From Psammoneis japonica (taxonomy: Eukaryota), in contig QPGO01000106.1 in assembly GCA_008632985.1 (NCBI GenBank), positions 248,001 to 287,446 of the forward strand: DNA of 39,446 nt, given 5' to 3'. This document shows positions 23,261 through 35,540 of the stretch, in pieces. Each line of letters opens with the position of its first letter. Within the stretch, counting starts at the first letter, position 1. The position numbers and the translations under genes are program-made. The notes under the pieces are model-generated. The model was not told where the DNA came from. It saw only the letters and a list, made by a program, of their open reading frames with translations, and ran no database searches.

Positions 23261-24067
23261 CTAATCAGAGCTTGCAGCTCTTTCTTCCATTTCAATCTTT
23301 TTCCCAAACCACGATCGGAAGAGGACAAGATTGGGTCTCGTTAACTTCGACAGACCCATGCAGTTGCATGCCCAATGGCAATGTCCCCGATCCTGTTCCC
23401 ACACTTCGCGGAACGACTTCCCTTTCCACTTGCCTCCCCACTGAATGATCGTCGAGTCGCTGGGAGAAGAAGTCGAGGATGAAGACAAGGGGACAGCATT
23501 GCTGCCGCAGCGCCTGGACTTTATGGTTGACGCCACCGATCCACCTTTTTTCCATTTCTTCTTGTTGTGTCTCCATTTCTTCTTATAGTGCCGTCGCGGA
23601 ACCCGTCGAAACTTTCCAATCTGCTCTTCAATGGGCAGCTCTGGGAGTTGTAAGCCAACAGCACCCTGCCCAAGACGGATCGGGTAGAATCCCGGCATGT
23701 TGTGTGTCGGCAAGGACAGATCATTCCATTTCGCGAGATTGCATCTGTCGCACAACGGCAAAAGACACGCCGTGCTTTCCCCTCGAATAAAGACGTGTGC
23801 CCCCACTGTAGGCTTTCTCTTGCGACAACGTTCGTTGCAGCATTGATCGGGCCAACATTGCCCCGTTTCGCCCTCCCACTGCTCCTTGAAAGACTTGCAG
23901 GGCGGACCAGGCTTGAACCTGGAGCTTCCAACCATGTTGCCAGCAACGTCACCTCTTCGTGATACGATTATCGACCACGTGCATGAGCGCCTCACCAACA
24001 ATGCGAGTACAAGATACCAATATATGGATGAAAAGAATCTGTTTGTGTTAAACATCAGAGCATCCAT
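23261..24067 (-). CDS. Putative HNH/His-Me-finger-like Zn-binding protein with a C-terminal ExoX-C/DUF3820-like motif
   Basis: ORF open to 24334, with the first plausible ATG at 24067. Contains WPDQCCNERC...GAHV...LLPLCDRCN and IQWGGKWKGKSFREVWEQDRGHCHW (cf. FGKYKGxxFxEVxxxDxxYxxW). Confidence 0.55.
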   Translation of the reverse strand: MDALMFNTNRFFSSIYWYLVLALLVRRSCTWSIIVSRRGDVAGNMVGSSRFKPGPPCKSFKEQWEGETGQCWPDQCCNERCRKRKPTVGAHVFIRGESTACLLPLCDRCNLAKWNDLSLPTHNMPGFYPIRLGQGAVGLQLPELPIEEQIGKFRRVPRRHYKKKWRHNKKKWKKGGSVASTIKSRRCGSNAVPLSSSSTSSPSDSTIIQWGGKWKGKSFREVWEQDRGHCHWACNCMGLSKLTRPNLVLFRSWFGKKIEMEERAASSD

Positions 24068-24682
24068 TAGGTGTGTGCTGCCCAAGGAGATAGTTGCAAA
24101 TCTATTTCGATGTTTTTTGCCCGCACAAGTATTACCTCTCTTGAATAGTTCGTCTCTGTTTGAGATTTTGAGGTACCAGTATACCGTGGCTCTCGTTGAT
24201 CGCAGATGATTCGCGAGCAGAGCACTGGCTCGCTCAAAAAGGCTCTGAGCCTCTAGCTTGATCTGGTTTCCTTCAAAAAAAAAAAAATGCAACATCACTG
24301 GTCTCACCACGGCACTCTGGGGCGGAGGCCACAATCGGGAGGCTGGTAGTCAATGTAAATTTTGCGACCCAGGGTGACGCTCCCCGAAGTGGATACACAG
24401 CGTCGGAATCCATTTCCCACCCACGCTTTGGCCGAGAAAGTTTACTTGCTTGACGTTCCAGCCCAAATGAACAATGTTGGACAAAAACGGGTCGTGCGGA
24501 GAATCTCGTACGACATCATGGACTTTCGACACATCATAATAATGCCTCTGCCATACAATGTACACAGCACAACATCATGCTCTGAAGCTCTGAAATAAAT
24601 CAGAAAAGGTATTACGTAGAGGGTGAGCAGCGTGTGATGAAAAAGTGACAGAATAATTGGCTGACCGTGACGTGGCGGATAC

Positions 24683-24961
24683 CTTGGCGCCAATTTTTTA
24701 GAAATAAATGTTTTCTAATGAATGTATAATCCAAAATGCATAAACAGATTTGCAATTTTAAAAATAACGGCTGACAATTTTAAGTTCATGATCCGTTGAG
24801 GGCAATACTTTTAGAAACATTTCTTAAAAATGATGTTGGAATAATATAAATATTTAAATTATTAAACATTACATAAATTAATTAATTTTTACACTATTCA
24901 AAGTCTGATATGATGTTAAAAATTGGAAGTGCCGACGAAATATCAAAATTTTGTCGCCAAG
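24683..24961. other. AT-rich island with imperfect flanking inverted repeats (possible MITE or promoter element)
   Basis: Very A/T- and TA-rich core (24840-24900). Left end cttggcgccaatttttt vs reverse complement of right end cttggcgacaaaatttt. No clear TSD. Confidence 0.3.
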
Positions 24962-25285
24962 CAACGCTCTCACAACTTCGCACAATATCGGCTTGCGGTG
25001 GCTGCAGAGGTGAAACAACGTTCGGATTTCACATTTTTGTGCAACCTGCTATTGTGAGCCTCCACTCTGCCAACGCTCAGGTACGAAAATGGTAATCACT
25101 GCTGGTGTTTTAGCCGTTGCTAGAAGTTCGAGAAAGCGTCACGCGAGCTCCAGAGCCACAAGCACTTAAGGGCGATCGGTTATCGTCTGCAACGACCAAG
25201 GTCACATCTCACTCATATTGTTTGCCTGCTGATTCTTCTCCTGTGTGCGCCTTTGGGTAGTTTGGACAGACGAGTGGAGACAACA

Positions 25286-27032
25286 ATGAAGCTTGCATTC
25301 GTCTTCGTGGTCGCTGCGGCCCTCTCGATGCATTGCATTGTGGGTTTCGACAACAATCGGCTCGTCAGTGACAGCATCAACACGGAACGGAGGTTACGTG
25401 GAAAGAAGGGTAGTAGTAGCAGTAGTAAAAGCAAGGGTGGAAAGAGAAGCAGTAGTTCCCGCAGCTCCAGCAGTAAAAGCAAGGGTGGGAGGCGCAGCAG
25501 CAGTTCCAGCAGCTCCAGTGGTAGCAGCTCACCACCACCTCCCCAACTACCGCCTCCACCGTCTCGATCCAGTTCGAGCTTGTCCAGTTCGAGCTCAAGC
25601 TCATCCAGTTCGAGCTCATCCAGTTCGAGCTCAAGCTCATCCAGTTCAAGCTCGTCCAGTTCGAGCTCAAGCTCATCGCCTCCGCCGCCAACGCCTTCAC
25701 CGACATCCCCGCCTCCGCCGTCTAGTTCCTCGTCTAGTTCCAGCTCAAGCTCGTCTAGTTCAAGTTCATCCAGTTCGAGCTCGTCCAGCGGAAGCTCGTC
25801 TAGTCCGCCTCCGCCACCTGTTAAAGACAGCAGCAGTGGTAGCAGTTCTAGTAGCAGCACTAGTGAGACGATTCCTCCTCCAGACGATACCAGTTATAAC
25901 ATTGACATTCAATTCAGTGGTATCAAGCCAGCGGATGAAGCTACTCGAGCTGCTGCGAGGCGTTGGGAACAAGTGGTCGTTGGAGATCTCCCTTCATATG
26001 ACTTTGGTGATACGATTCCCACAGGATGTACATTTCGACCACGCGTCGTTGACGACATGGTGCTTTGTGCAACCACGCCTTCAGTTGACGGTCCTGGTGG
26101 CTTTCTTGCATCGGGCGGACCCCTGAGAGTCCGACCGCGAACCGCGGCTGGAGGCGTAGGAGAAGGGCTTCCTGCGTCCGCTTCGTTTCGAATAGATGCA
26201 GGAGATGTCCAAAACTTTGCGAATAGAAATCTTCTTTTTGACATTGCTCTCCATGAAATGGGTCATGCGTTGGGTATAGGTAAGTGCAAACTATGATGAA
26301 CAGTACACTTGATCGGACGCCATTGGTGTCACTCAAATGTTGAGTTTCCGTTGTTTCACAGGAACTTTGTGGGGTGCAAATGCTTTCAATCTGACGGGCA
26401 CGGGAAGATTTGGGCCATACCGATCCGGCACTGCTGCCTGCCGTGAATACGAACGAATCACGAGTTGCCCCGGATGCCCACCGGTACAGTCAGGAGGGGC
26501 TCATTGGAATGAATTCAATTTTAGATCCGAGTTAATGACGCAAGCACTTGGTCCGACCGAGGCTCTGCCACTAACCGCAATTACCATTGCTGCCTTGGAA
26601 GATATGACCTACGAAGTCGATTACTCTTCTGCCGATCCTATTGGACCGTTTACCTGTGACTCACCTCCTCCACCATCTGTGCCAGTATCCGATGGGATGG
26701 GTAGCGAAGGCATATCAGCTCTTTCACAAGAATCAGAATCATCGTCATCGTCGTCTTCATCTTCGAATGAATTTGATCACTCTGGCAGTAGCAGTAGTAG
26801 TAGTGAGGAAGAATCTCGAGGCCGCCGCCGCCTTGAACTCAGTGAGCAAGGATGGCAAAATGCAATGAAAATGGGGAAACAAGTACTGGAGGAAAATCGA
26901 TTGGCACACATGGCCGAACTGGTCGATGGAGTTGATCCGTTAGAGGGTGAATACGTGGGCCACCTTTGTACTTGCGTATTTTACGAGGAAGCAGGTACAA
27001 GCTACGCAGTCATGGTATTCGCAGACGAGTGA
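25286..27032 (+). CDS. Secreted Ser/Pro-rich leishmanolysin-like (M8-type) zinc metalloprotease, ~554 aa, 2 exons
   Basis: Signal peptide MKLAFVFVVAAALSMHCIVG, RRL site, poly-Ser/Pro tract. HEMGHALGIG zinc motif followed by GAHWNE and ELMT. Intron 26280-26361 (GTAAGT..CAG) joins the two ORFs in phase. Confidence 0.88.
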
Positions 27033-29798
27033 AACTCTATACAAGAAAATAAAATGCATGTCCTAGAGGTATAATTTTTAGTTTGTTCCTCGTTCTATAA
27101 CAAATCCTATCACCTTTGGAAAGGAATCATTACAATTTCTGTTGGAGGGTTACAAAAGCACTTCCACATCTATTCGCTTGAGTTCAGAGTGCGGTGGGTG
27201 CGACATGCTCTGCCACTTGCCAGCTAGAGAGAGCATCTTCATGCTCGTCAGTGATGGCTTCTCATTTTACAAACATGCACACATGTTCGTGCGCAACCCA
27301 AATCAAACATTGGCAATGCTCACGCTGTTGCCACATGAAATCGATTGTGTGGAGTTGCATCTCTTGTGTGTGTGTGGCCACGTTCTACACCCCGATTTGG
27401 ATGGAGGTGGTTATTCTGCCATCCTTTGTTTCGGCAGATTTTTTGCAACAGGATGGGTTGTCATGTGCCCCGGCCTCCAGTCCGCTCCTTGATGCTTTCT
27501 GAGAAAGAGACTTTTGCATCCTCCAACAACATGACTCAGAAAATGTAAAATGAGCAACTCATCCTCATGCCTGGCTGCCAGTGCAGCCTCTTCAGAAAGC
27601 CAACCCAGAGGTGCAACATGGGAAATGGACAAAAACTTGCTGGAGCAGATGACAACATCATGCAGCAGATGAGGTGTCCAAGCCTTCATTGTTTTTTGGA
27701 CCATCACACAATGCTGGTTCCACTGGAGGCTGGTGATTGATGAGTGGTGTTTGCAATTGTTCAATCAGAGATCTCTCTGTCAAGAATTTTTGAAGCATGC
27801 CAATTTGGTTGTGCCATGCCCTGCACAATCTTTGGCCAACAAAACCAAAAAATTGCACAAGAAGTTGGCAAGAATTTTGACACTGTTGCCATTGATGCAG
27901 ATCCTTTGGATGCATTGAAAATGCCAAAGGAGGGCATCAAAACATGTGCTCAAGCAAGGTTCAATGATGTTTGGAGGTTTCAGAGGTGCCATGCAATGGG
28001 CCAGATCAATGCAGGCTCACAACTTGACAGTGACTTCAGTGCATTGCAGGAGTGACCTCCACATGTCACTGACAACTCAGAGGTTCTTTGTGCAGAACCA
28101 GCACCAAGATGTGAGTCAGCAAACAACCACATGTGGCTCAGAAGGGCCGCTTATGCAGAAATGCCAACTTCAACAAAAAATGAGGCCGCAATGAAGCAAC
28201 ACACCAACAGCACATTGGACTTTAAAAATCAAGTGAACACCAAAAAAAGTTTGCACTGCATCAACAAACAGATGTTTCTGTGTTGACTGATGTGAGTGAT
28301 GTTTTTGCAGCAGACATCTTGTCATTTTTTTTTATTTTTTCCATTTTCACCCATTCTTTGTCAGGCCATTTTTGGTGCACCATGACCCAGGGAGGGGGTG
28401 GGGGCAACAATTGTGCACATCATGTGTGATTTCACATGGTGAACCACCATGACTGCATGGCTTGGAGTGGGAGTGGGGTCAGGAAAGCAAAGAACACCAG
28501 CCCCAGATTTTCCTGTGCAGACGAGTGGCTTGGATCTAAGAAATCTTTTGATGCTGTGACAAAGCAGCTGCTGCAGTGGCCAAACCACCATGACACCATT
28601 GATTTGGAGAGTTGGGTTGGGTTGAAAATGCAGAATGAAGTTTGTTCACACAAAAGCATTGGCTGGTGCTTTGTTTTACTAAAAAGGAGACTCTCCAACA
28701 ACATCGTCAGCAAAATCATGCTGGATGATGCCAGCACTGCCACACAGAACAACAAAAATCAACAAGCTGAGCCAGTGCCTTGCTCTCATCTGCTTTGGAC
28801 CAGTTGTGGACATGCTGCAAACTGTCAAATCTGAAAACAGAAAAGTGTGGCTTGTGGGTGGCAAGTGTTTTCATGGACTGCGCAACTCATTTTCAGCACC
28901 AAGGAGGCAAAGAAGCTTGGCTGTCATGGGATCAACAACAAACTGCAAAATGGAGTGCTGCCACAAGTGGGTTTCCCACTGATGCTCCTGTTGCATGTCT
29001 TGACATTGACAAAGGGTTGACTCCCCTTTTTGTGCTCTCTGAGTCTCATGATTGTTGAGCATCTGCACCCATGCTTGACTCTTGAGAGCTCTCTTTTTGG
29101 GTTTGTGCTGGCCAGACTTTGTGAGCCCCAACATGCAGCCAGAAAGTGTGAAACTCCAAAATGTGAGCATCATCAGTCTCCCACTCTTTAAAATGATGTC
29201 TTGCAAGAATGTGGTGGGCACACACCATTCATGGCACAGGGCACATTGGAGGGCACGCAGCTGATTTTTTGCAAAAGTTGCCTTTTTTGCAAGGGAGAAA
29301 GTGGCTGCAAGGGACAAATTTTGGCAACAGCTCTGTGGCTCACACAAACCCCTGCTTGCAACCCCAAAAGTTGTCAGGAGCTTGGCATGAGCACAAAGTC
29401 AGTCAGCTGGAAATGCACTTTGGCAGAAGAGTTTTTGTCGCTGCATGTGGCACTGCAGGGTTGAGCAACATTGCTGTGCATGACTCTTTTGTGCTCTTGC
29501 TGTGACCCCATCCATTTGTCACATGACTCACTGACATCACACCACACTTTCAACAGCCATTTTTGAGGAGTTGCACTCATTCTGCACAAAATTGTGTGGG
29601 AGAAAGATCTGGCAGATCTTTCAAGCCAGCCAACACTCTCACAAAAAATCTCCCACCACCTTGTCTTGGGATTGTGCCAAGGCCCAGCCTTGTGCTTCCT
29701 GATGCCAACTCTTGCTCATTTCTTCTTTTGACCACAAGCCCCCATTTTTAATGTTTGCTCTGGCTGCTGGAGAAAGCAACCATCATGCTGCTGGTCAG

Positions 29799-30405
29799 TG
29801 GGTCACAACAAAAGGCACAGCTGACTTTGTTGTTTTTTGTTTGCTTGGCTCAAGCTTGCTTCCCAGCTTTGTGGTTTTTTGATGTTTGCAAGAAAAATGG
29901 GATCTCAACTTTTTGTGTGCACAGTGCATTGTCCCCACAAGTGTGGAGAGTTGATTGGAAAAACAGTCCCCCCCTTGGAGTGCAGCCACTGGCTGTGCTG
30001 TGGGCCAGAGGGTCATGACAAAGTGATCAGCAGCTGTCTTTGTTGTTTTTTGTTTTGCCTGGCTCAATTTTGCTTCTCAGTTCTGTGGGTGTTGACATTT
30101 GCAGGAAAAATGGGGCCCAAGCCTTTTTGTGTCCAATGCATTGTCCCCACAAGTGTTGAGGGCAGGTTGACAAAATGACTCCCTTGGAGTGCAGCCACTG
30201 CTCTGCTGGTTGGCCAGCAGGTCATGATGAAGGGTGCAGCTGTCTGTGTTGCTTTTGTTGCCAGGCTCAACAAGTTTGCTTCTCAGTTTTGTGGACATGT
30301 CAACAATGTTTGCTGGAAAAATGGGGTCTCAACTTTTTTGTGTTCAGCGCATTGTCCCCACAAGCATGGAGAGTTGATTTGCAAAATGACTCCCTTGGAG
30401 TTTGG
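29799..30405. repeat. Degenerate tandem repeat, ~210 bp x 3
   Basis: Units start near 29799, 30010 and 30220. Each has ggtca..., ggctcaa, gaaaaatggg, gcattgtccccacaag and cccttggagt. Confidence 0.85.
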
Positions 30406-31509
30406 GCAAGGCACTTGACAATTGCCCACTGTTGTTTGTTCCCATTTTTCTCTTGTGGCTGGTGCACTCCCTGCAGAGCTTGCTGGCTGATTGTGCAATG
30501 TGAGTGTAGAATGAGGTTGTTGCTCCTGGCACCTGCATGGGAGCCCTGTCATCATCTTGATTCTGAGCACAACAAAATTCACATGAGCCAGCTTGCTGTG
30601 CCACAGCAGTGCATGTCATGAGCTTTCAAATGCTCATCTTGCCCTCTGGAGCATGTTTGTTGGCATCAGATTGTGCTGTGCACAGCTCTGGAGCCCATGC
30701 ATTTTTGCCCCACTTGTCATCTGCTGGCAAATCATTCACCAGAGTGTCAGGGAGATCAACTGCAGCAGCAATGCTGCACACTCCAGGGGTCAAGGCAGCA
30801 AGATTGAGCAGACACTGGAGGCTGCACTTTTCAAGTGTCATGATGATGTGTGTGCAAACGCCAGCCAACTCTGGGTTGACCAGGCCCGTGCCATTTTGTC
30901 AATGAGCACATGCAATTGTGGGCACCCTGTCCAAAACATTTGTGGCAGCTGATGTGCTCCAGCCCCAGGTGGGGCTCCATGTGATGTTGGGCCTGCAGCA
31001 TTCCACAAGTGGGCCCCTCAGCAAAATCCTCAGGCAGCAAATGCGCTGATGATCACTGACAGAAGAAGAGGCACCAACTTTGCAAAATGTGCAAGCTCAC
31101 TCACCATGCTTGTTGCAGCAGCAAACCATCTCTGGTTTGCAGGGGAACCCATGCAACTTAAAACAACAGCAGCCAACAACATGAGTTGCAACACCTGTTG
31201 CCTTGACCAGCACCTCAGCCGACAGCTTTGACATGTGAACAAATGCAAGCATGCCACTCAAATTGAACAACACCTCCAAGAAGGATTGCAGCAGTGGCAC
31301 AGCCAACAAGAACCTGACTGTGCCTGGAGCAGACAAGCCAGTGTGAAAAACTTGCAGTCACAAAGATTGCTGAAAGACAAATGGAGCTGGTGACATGATG
31401 GAGGCAATGCAAATGTTTGCCTGTTTTGACAAATGCAGATCACACTTTTGTCAGTGCCAGTGGGTGGTGGCATCCATGTGTTGACAGCTCTCAATTTGCT
31501 GTTGCTGGG

Positions 31510-31915
31510 CATGCAAAACTTGCTGTCACCAAGACTGCTCTCAAAAGTGAACAGAAACAGCATTGCCATGAATGCAGTGCAAATGTTGACTCTCAGTCTT
31601 GACAATCAGCTGTCACCAAGACAATCAAAAATTGAACAGCAAGGCACTGTGATGCATGCAGTGCAAATGTGGACTCTGTCTTGATGCCAATCATCAAAGT
31701 TTGCTTTTCTGTCAACACCCGGTGGTGGTGCCCAACAAGCATTGTTCAATCTTCATTTGGCACTGCTCCACTGGCCAGATGTTTCAAGCCAGTGCAACAA
31801 AACTTGCTGTGTCACAAGACCACTGAAAAGTGAAAAGCAATGGCATTGTGATGGATGTGGCACAGAAATGCTGACTGCTCTTGACAACCACAATTTGCTC
31901 TTTTGTCAACACCAG
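31510..31915. repeat. Degenerate ~90-bp repeat, three copies
   Basis: gctgtcaccaagac...gcagtgcaaatgt.gactct at ~31520 and ~31609, with a weaker third copy at ~31800. Confidence 0.55.
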
Positions 31916-32869
31916 CAGGCAGTGGCATCCACTCCACTGGCAAGATTTCTCAGGCCTGTGCAACAAAACTTGCAAGCTCCAATGAGCAGTTTTGGCAGCC
32001 TGTTTGGAGATTTTAATCCTCATCTTGAGACCTGCAGCACAGAACAATGCAGTGTTCATGGAGTGGACGACACAGGAAGCAATGTCTCCTCTCAGAAAAG
32101 CCAAGCAAGTGTGGCCAAGGGAGACATGAGACACCATGCTGCAGAAAACAGTGTGCTCAACAATCTGCTTTTTCTGGGGTGCAAAGAATTGGCAAGGGAA
32201 GTCTTGACTGCCAAATCACCTGGTACAAAAGCAGGTTGCAGGGGGCATGGATGCCATGGAAACCTTTTTCAGAAATTGCAGCTCCAGCCAGATCTAGAGA
32301 GTTGGTCATTTCATTCACCAGCAGCAGTCATGCACTTGCTGTGCATGATGAAAAAGCACCAAAAGTTCATGAACAGCCTTCTGCATTGTTTTGGAGATCA
32401 GGCCCACACCGTGCTCATGCTCCATTGCTCTTTTGATTTGTTGTTGCTGATCCTTGCCCAGTGCTGTTTTTTTGCCAAAGTTGCAGACTCTGGCAGCTTC
32501 TGGCACAAGCTTGCAACAGAGGCGCAGCTCTTCAGGAGGCATCTGGCACCATCACCGCATGTGTGCAGAGAATTTGAAGATCATCAAAGTGACATTTCCA
32601 CTTCTGATTGACAGCACCATTTCATGGCCTTGCTCTACAAAGCTGTCAAAGTGGGCAGCAATCCAAAACCAAAATTCCATGTTTAAAGTGCTGTTGTGCT
32701 TCTGCCCTGTGACTCCAGAAAACAAGCTGACCCACACCCCCAGCACATTGCAGCACGGCAGGAGCATGTGACAACTGGCTGAGATTGATGCCACAAGCAT
32801 GGGCCCCACAGGAAAGAGCTGGCATCAGCAAAAGCTGCATGGCAAAATGAAGCATCAACATCAAAGTGC

Positions 32870-33385
32870 TTGGGCAGAGAGCAATTGACAGTTTGACAAG
32901 TCGATCATCCAAAATGTCCTCAAAGACATGCAAAACTTGTGTGGAAATGCAGGCAAACCAAAGAAAGGCAGGATCATGCCAAGATCATTCACAACACAAA
33001 GTGGGGAACTTGAGCTGACAATGGGTGGAAGGGGGTTGTTAATGCCTGAGAGGTGTGGGCAGAGAGCAGTTGACAGTTTGGCAAGTTGATCGTCCAAAAT
33101 GACCTTCAAGACATGCAGAGCTTGTGCTGAAACTTGTGCAGAAATGCAAGCAAATGGAAGAAAAGGCCAAATCATGCTGAGTTGGTCTCAAGTTCAAGCT
33201 TCTGGGAGTGCCAATGATGGAAGACTGTTCACCACATGAAGCAGGGAACTGAAACTGACACCAGACAAAAGGGGGTTCATTGATGCCGGTGAGGCATGAG
33301 CTGAGAGCAGTCGACAGTTTGTTGGCAAGTCAGCCATCCGAGATGACTTTCAGAGCACAGAATTTGTGCTGAATCTTGCATTGAA
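32870..33385. repeat. Degenerate ~185-240 bp repeat, three copies
   Basis: gggcagagagca.ttgacagtttg.caagt.gatc.tccaaaatg at 32872 and 33057, with a weaker copy at 33298. Confidence 0.7.
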
Positions 33386-33462
33386 CTTCGCAGACAATGG
33401 AGCAAATTGCCAAAAAGAATGACAATCAAGTTGGCCAAAGAGCGTGGTGCTGGTTGCTCTCC

Positions 33463-33738
33463 TGACAGGATTTGAACAGGATTTGGGTGCGCGCGAAACA
33501 TCGCGCGCTGTTTAGTTTACCGCGCACAGTTTTGTGTGCTTTAGTTCCGCGCGTTCGCGCGCGATGTAGTTTGCTTTCGAGCCACAAGGCTCACAAGAAT
33601 AATGACAGTAGCCCGATTGTGCCGACTTACACGTCTTTCGGCTCCTGCAACGGTCTCTGAGCGGAGACTCATCTGCTGTTTAGACAGCAGCAAGGAGTTG
33701 TTGTTTGAATTCTTGCCATTTGCCTTCAATTTCTGTCA
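33463..33738 (+). repeat. 5' LTR
   Basis: 276-bp direct repeat of 36891-37166, TG...CA termini. Confidence 0.95.
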
Positions 33739-34697
33739 GATTGACAGTCTTGCTCATTGTCAACCCATTGAGCAACCGCCATCGTCGTCGTTGATTTGCC
33801 AACGACGCCATTTCAATTCTACGTGGACCTCCGCATGTGTTCTACATACATCGGCAAGTCTACGCGCATTCAACACCAGGGCATCGGCAGGAAGTTAACG
33901 TCGCCGTCAAGTCTCCTTGCCGCTGGATGTCTGGATTGACCATGCCACCTTCAATCGCTGAAGACATACATTCAACGGTCATGTCCAAGTCTGTCCTTGA
34001 TCCTCATCCCTTGATGTGCCCATTCATCGGTCAACGGTCAAGAACCCTGCACATTCAAGGATCTTCGTTGCTGAAGACATGTGTGTTGTGTGTGCATGTC
34101 TTCACGGCCAAGAACCTGCACCCACTCTTCGGACTGCGGTTTTGCTGCCACTCTACAAGCACACCGAGTCCATTGCACCTGATCTGCCCCAGACTGCCGG
34201 TGCCCCACAGTTCTGCCAGGTCCACGAGGATGACTGTGAGAGCAAGCAGCCGTGATTGCAGCCTGCGTTAGGGCGAGGGTGCTTTCCCGCGTTTGTTCGT
34301 TCGTCCACAGTGCCTGACGCCTGCGTCAACTGGCCAGCCTGATCGGGAAATCCAACCGACATAAAATAAGAACGGTTCGGGGGTCTTGTCCACCTCTGGT
34401 CAGCTCACCTGCAGGGGTTTGCAACCCGCTGCTCCGCTCGCAAGCAACCCAAAGCACCACCAGCTGCGGGTTCGGACGTGCCGGCACAACTCTACGGACC
34501 GGACAGGAAGTTTAGCACTTGACAACGAACGGGATGGCACAACCCGGCGACTTCTGATTTTAAGACAGTCCAAGATTTCAAGTCAAGTCTAGCTCAAGTC
34601 AAGTCTTTTTCAAGCCAAGTTCCAAGTCAAAACTCCGAGTCAAGATCGCGCTCTAGATTGGTTCCTGTCTTTTGTTTCCACTGCACCGTCCTCTGTC

Positions 34698-35387
34698 ATG
34701 GTTCTCACGCGACAGCAACAAACCGAAAGCTTCAAACACATTCCAGGCACTGTGCTCAATCAAGACGATGACAGCCCTCTTCGTTCTGCCCTGTCCATCA
34801 ACGGGATTGAATCGTGCGAGGAATTGTTCACGTTCTTACCCACCCAAATTGACGCCCTCACTTACAGAGACGGCGCCAATGTAGTGCCTTTGCCACGGAC
34901 CCACAGAAACCTCCTAGCAGCTTTGATCAGCTTCTACTTTGTCAAAGTTTGCAACGGTGATGATGTGACCAATGAACCCCAGTTGCTCACACCCGAGGAA
35001 TTTCGCAACTGCCGCCTTGGTCCGGACTGCTTGACCTCTCTAGCCACTGGCGCAGCACCCTCCGCACCTGTGCCGAGTCCCTTGCCATCCAAACCAGATG
35101 AACCCAGTGCCATTTTGACACCAGCCTTGCACTGTGCCGCCACTCAGGTGTCTCCTAGAAGTGGTGTCAGTCGCGCCCCGCATGTCTTGACCAACCCGCC
35201 TGCAAGCAACCTCGTCCCAGTGCAGGATTGCAGCCCCTTGCACAGGCCCGCACTTCGAGACCAGTTGGGACACTCCACCCATGGCTTCCAAAGCTGCAGT
35301 CTTTGCACCCCGCAAACCACGTGCTGCCAACCTCCACGTGTCGACTTCTGTCGCTGTCACCCTTCACAGTCTTCGTTTGGGAAGTGA
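34698..35387 (+). pseudogene. gag-like N-terminal remnant of the LTR element
   Basis: MVLTRQ...FKHIPGTVLNQDDDSPLRSALSINGI...IDALTY...RNLL resembles the N-terminus of diatom copia polyproteins (recognised from memory). Preceded by TCAAG-rich leader repeats at ~34565-34645. Confidence 0.6.
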
Positions 35388-35540
35388 TGGAGGTGACAAC
35401 TTGCTTCTCGCATCTCCTGATGGGGAGCCTCCTTTTCCGTCATTAAATCTGTTCACAACAGTTCAACCGGTTCATCAGATGGGGAGTTCAGGACATCCAA
35501 GCAGCTTCGTTGTCTTCGGATCCTCCAAGCATCGCACCAT

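Larger units (their letters stand above)
27450..33460. other. Heavily TpA/CpG-depleted block of decayed repeats and unidentified coding remnants
   Basis: TA nearly absent over 6 kb. Tyr-free spurious ORFs. Contains several degenerate tandem duplications. Confidence 0.6.

Noticed and set aside
25213..25860. Minus-strand Leu/Glu-rich ORF (and 38035-39228)
   Set aside because: Antisense shadow of poly-Ser/Pro coding repeats.
2643..27032. A coordinated defence gene cluster (LOX, RING, kinase, nuclease, protease)
   Set aside because: Plausible thematically, but the genes are separated by repeat blocks and nothing in the sequence shows co-regulation or conserved linkage.
16030..33460. Dozens of Cys/His/Gln-rich ORFs of 60-290 aa as real genes (e.g. 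18214-18915, 31742-32611)
   Set aside because: Loss of TA removes TAA/TAG stops and Tyr codons, inflating ORFs in all six frames. They overlap and lack domains.
1..33460. Classical fungal RIP
   Set aside because: RIP converts CpA to TpA, enriching TA and AT content. Here TA is lost and CA/TG gained, polarised by intact parent genes.
33739..33760. Primer-binding site of the LTR element
   Set aside because: The sequence gattgacagtcttgc lacks a clear TGG tRNA-complementary start, so no tRNA can be assigned.
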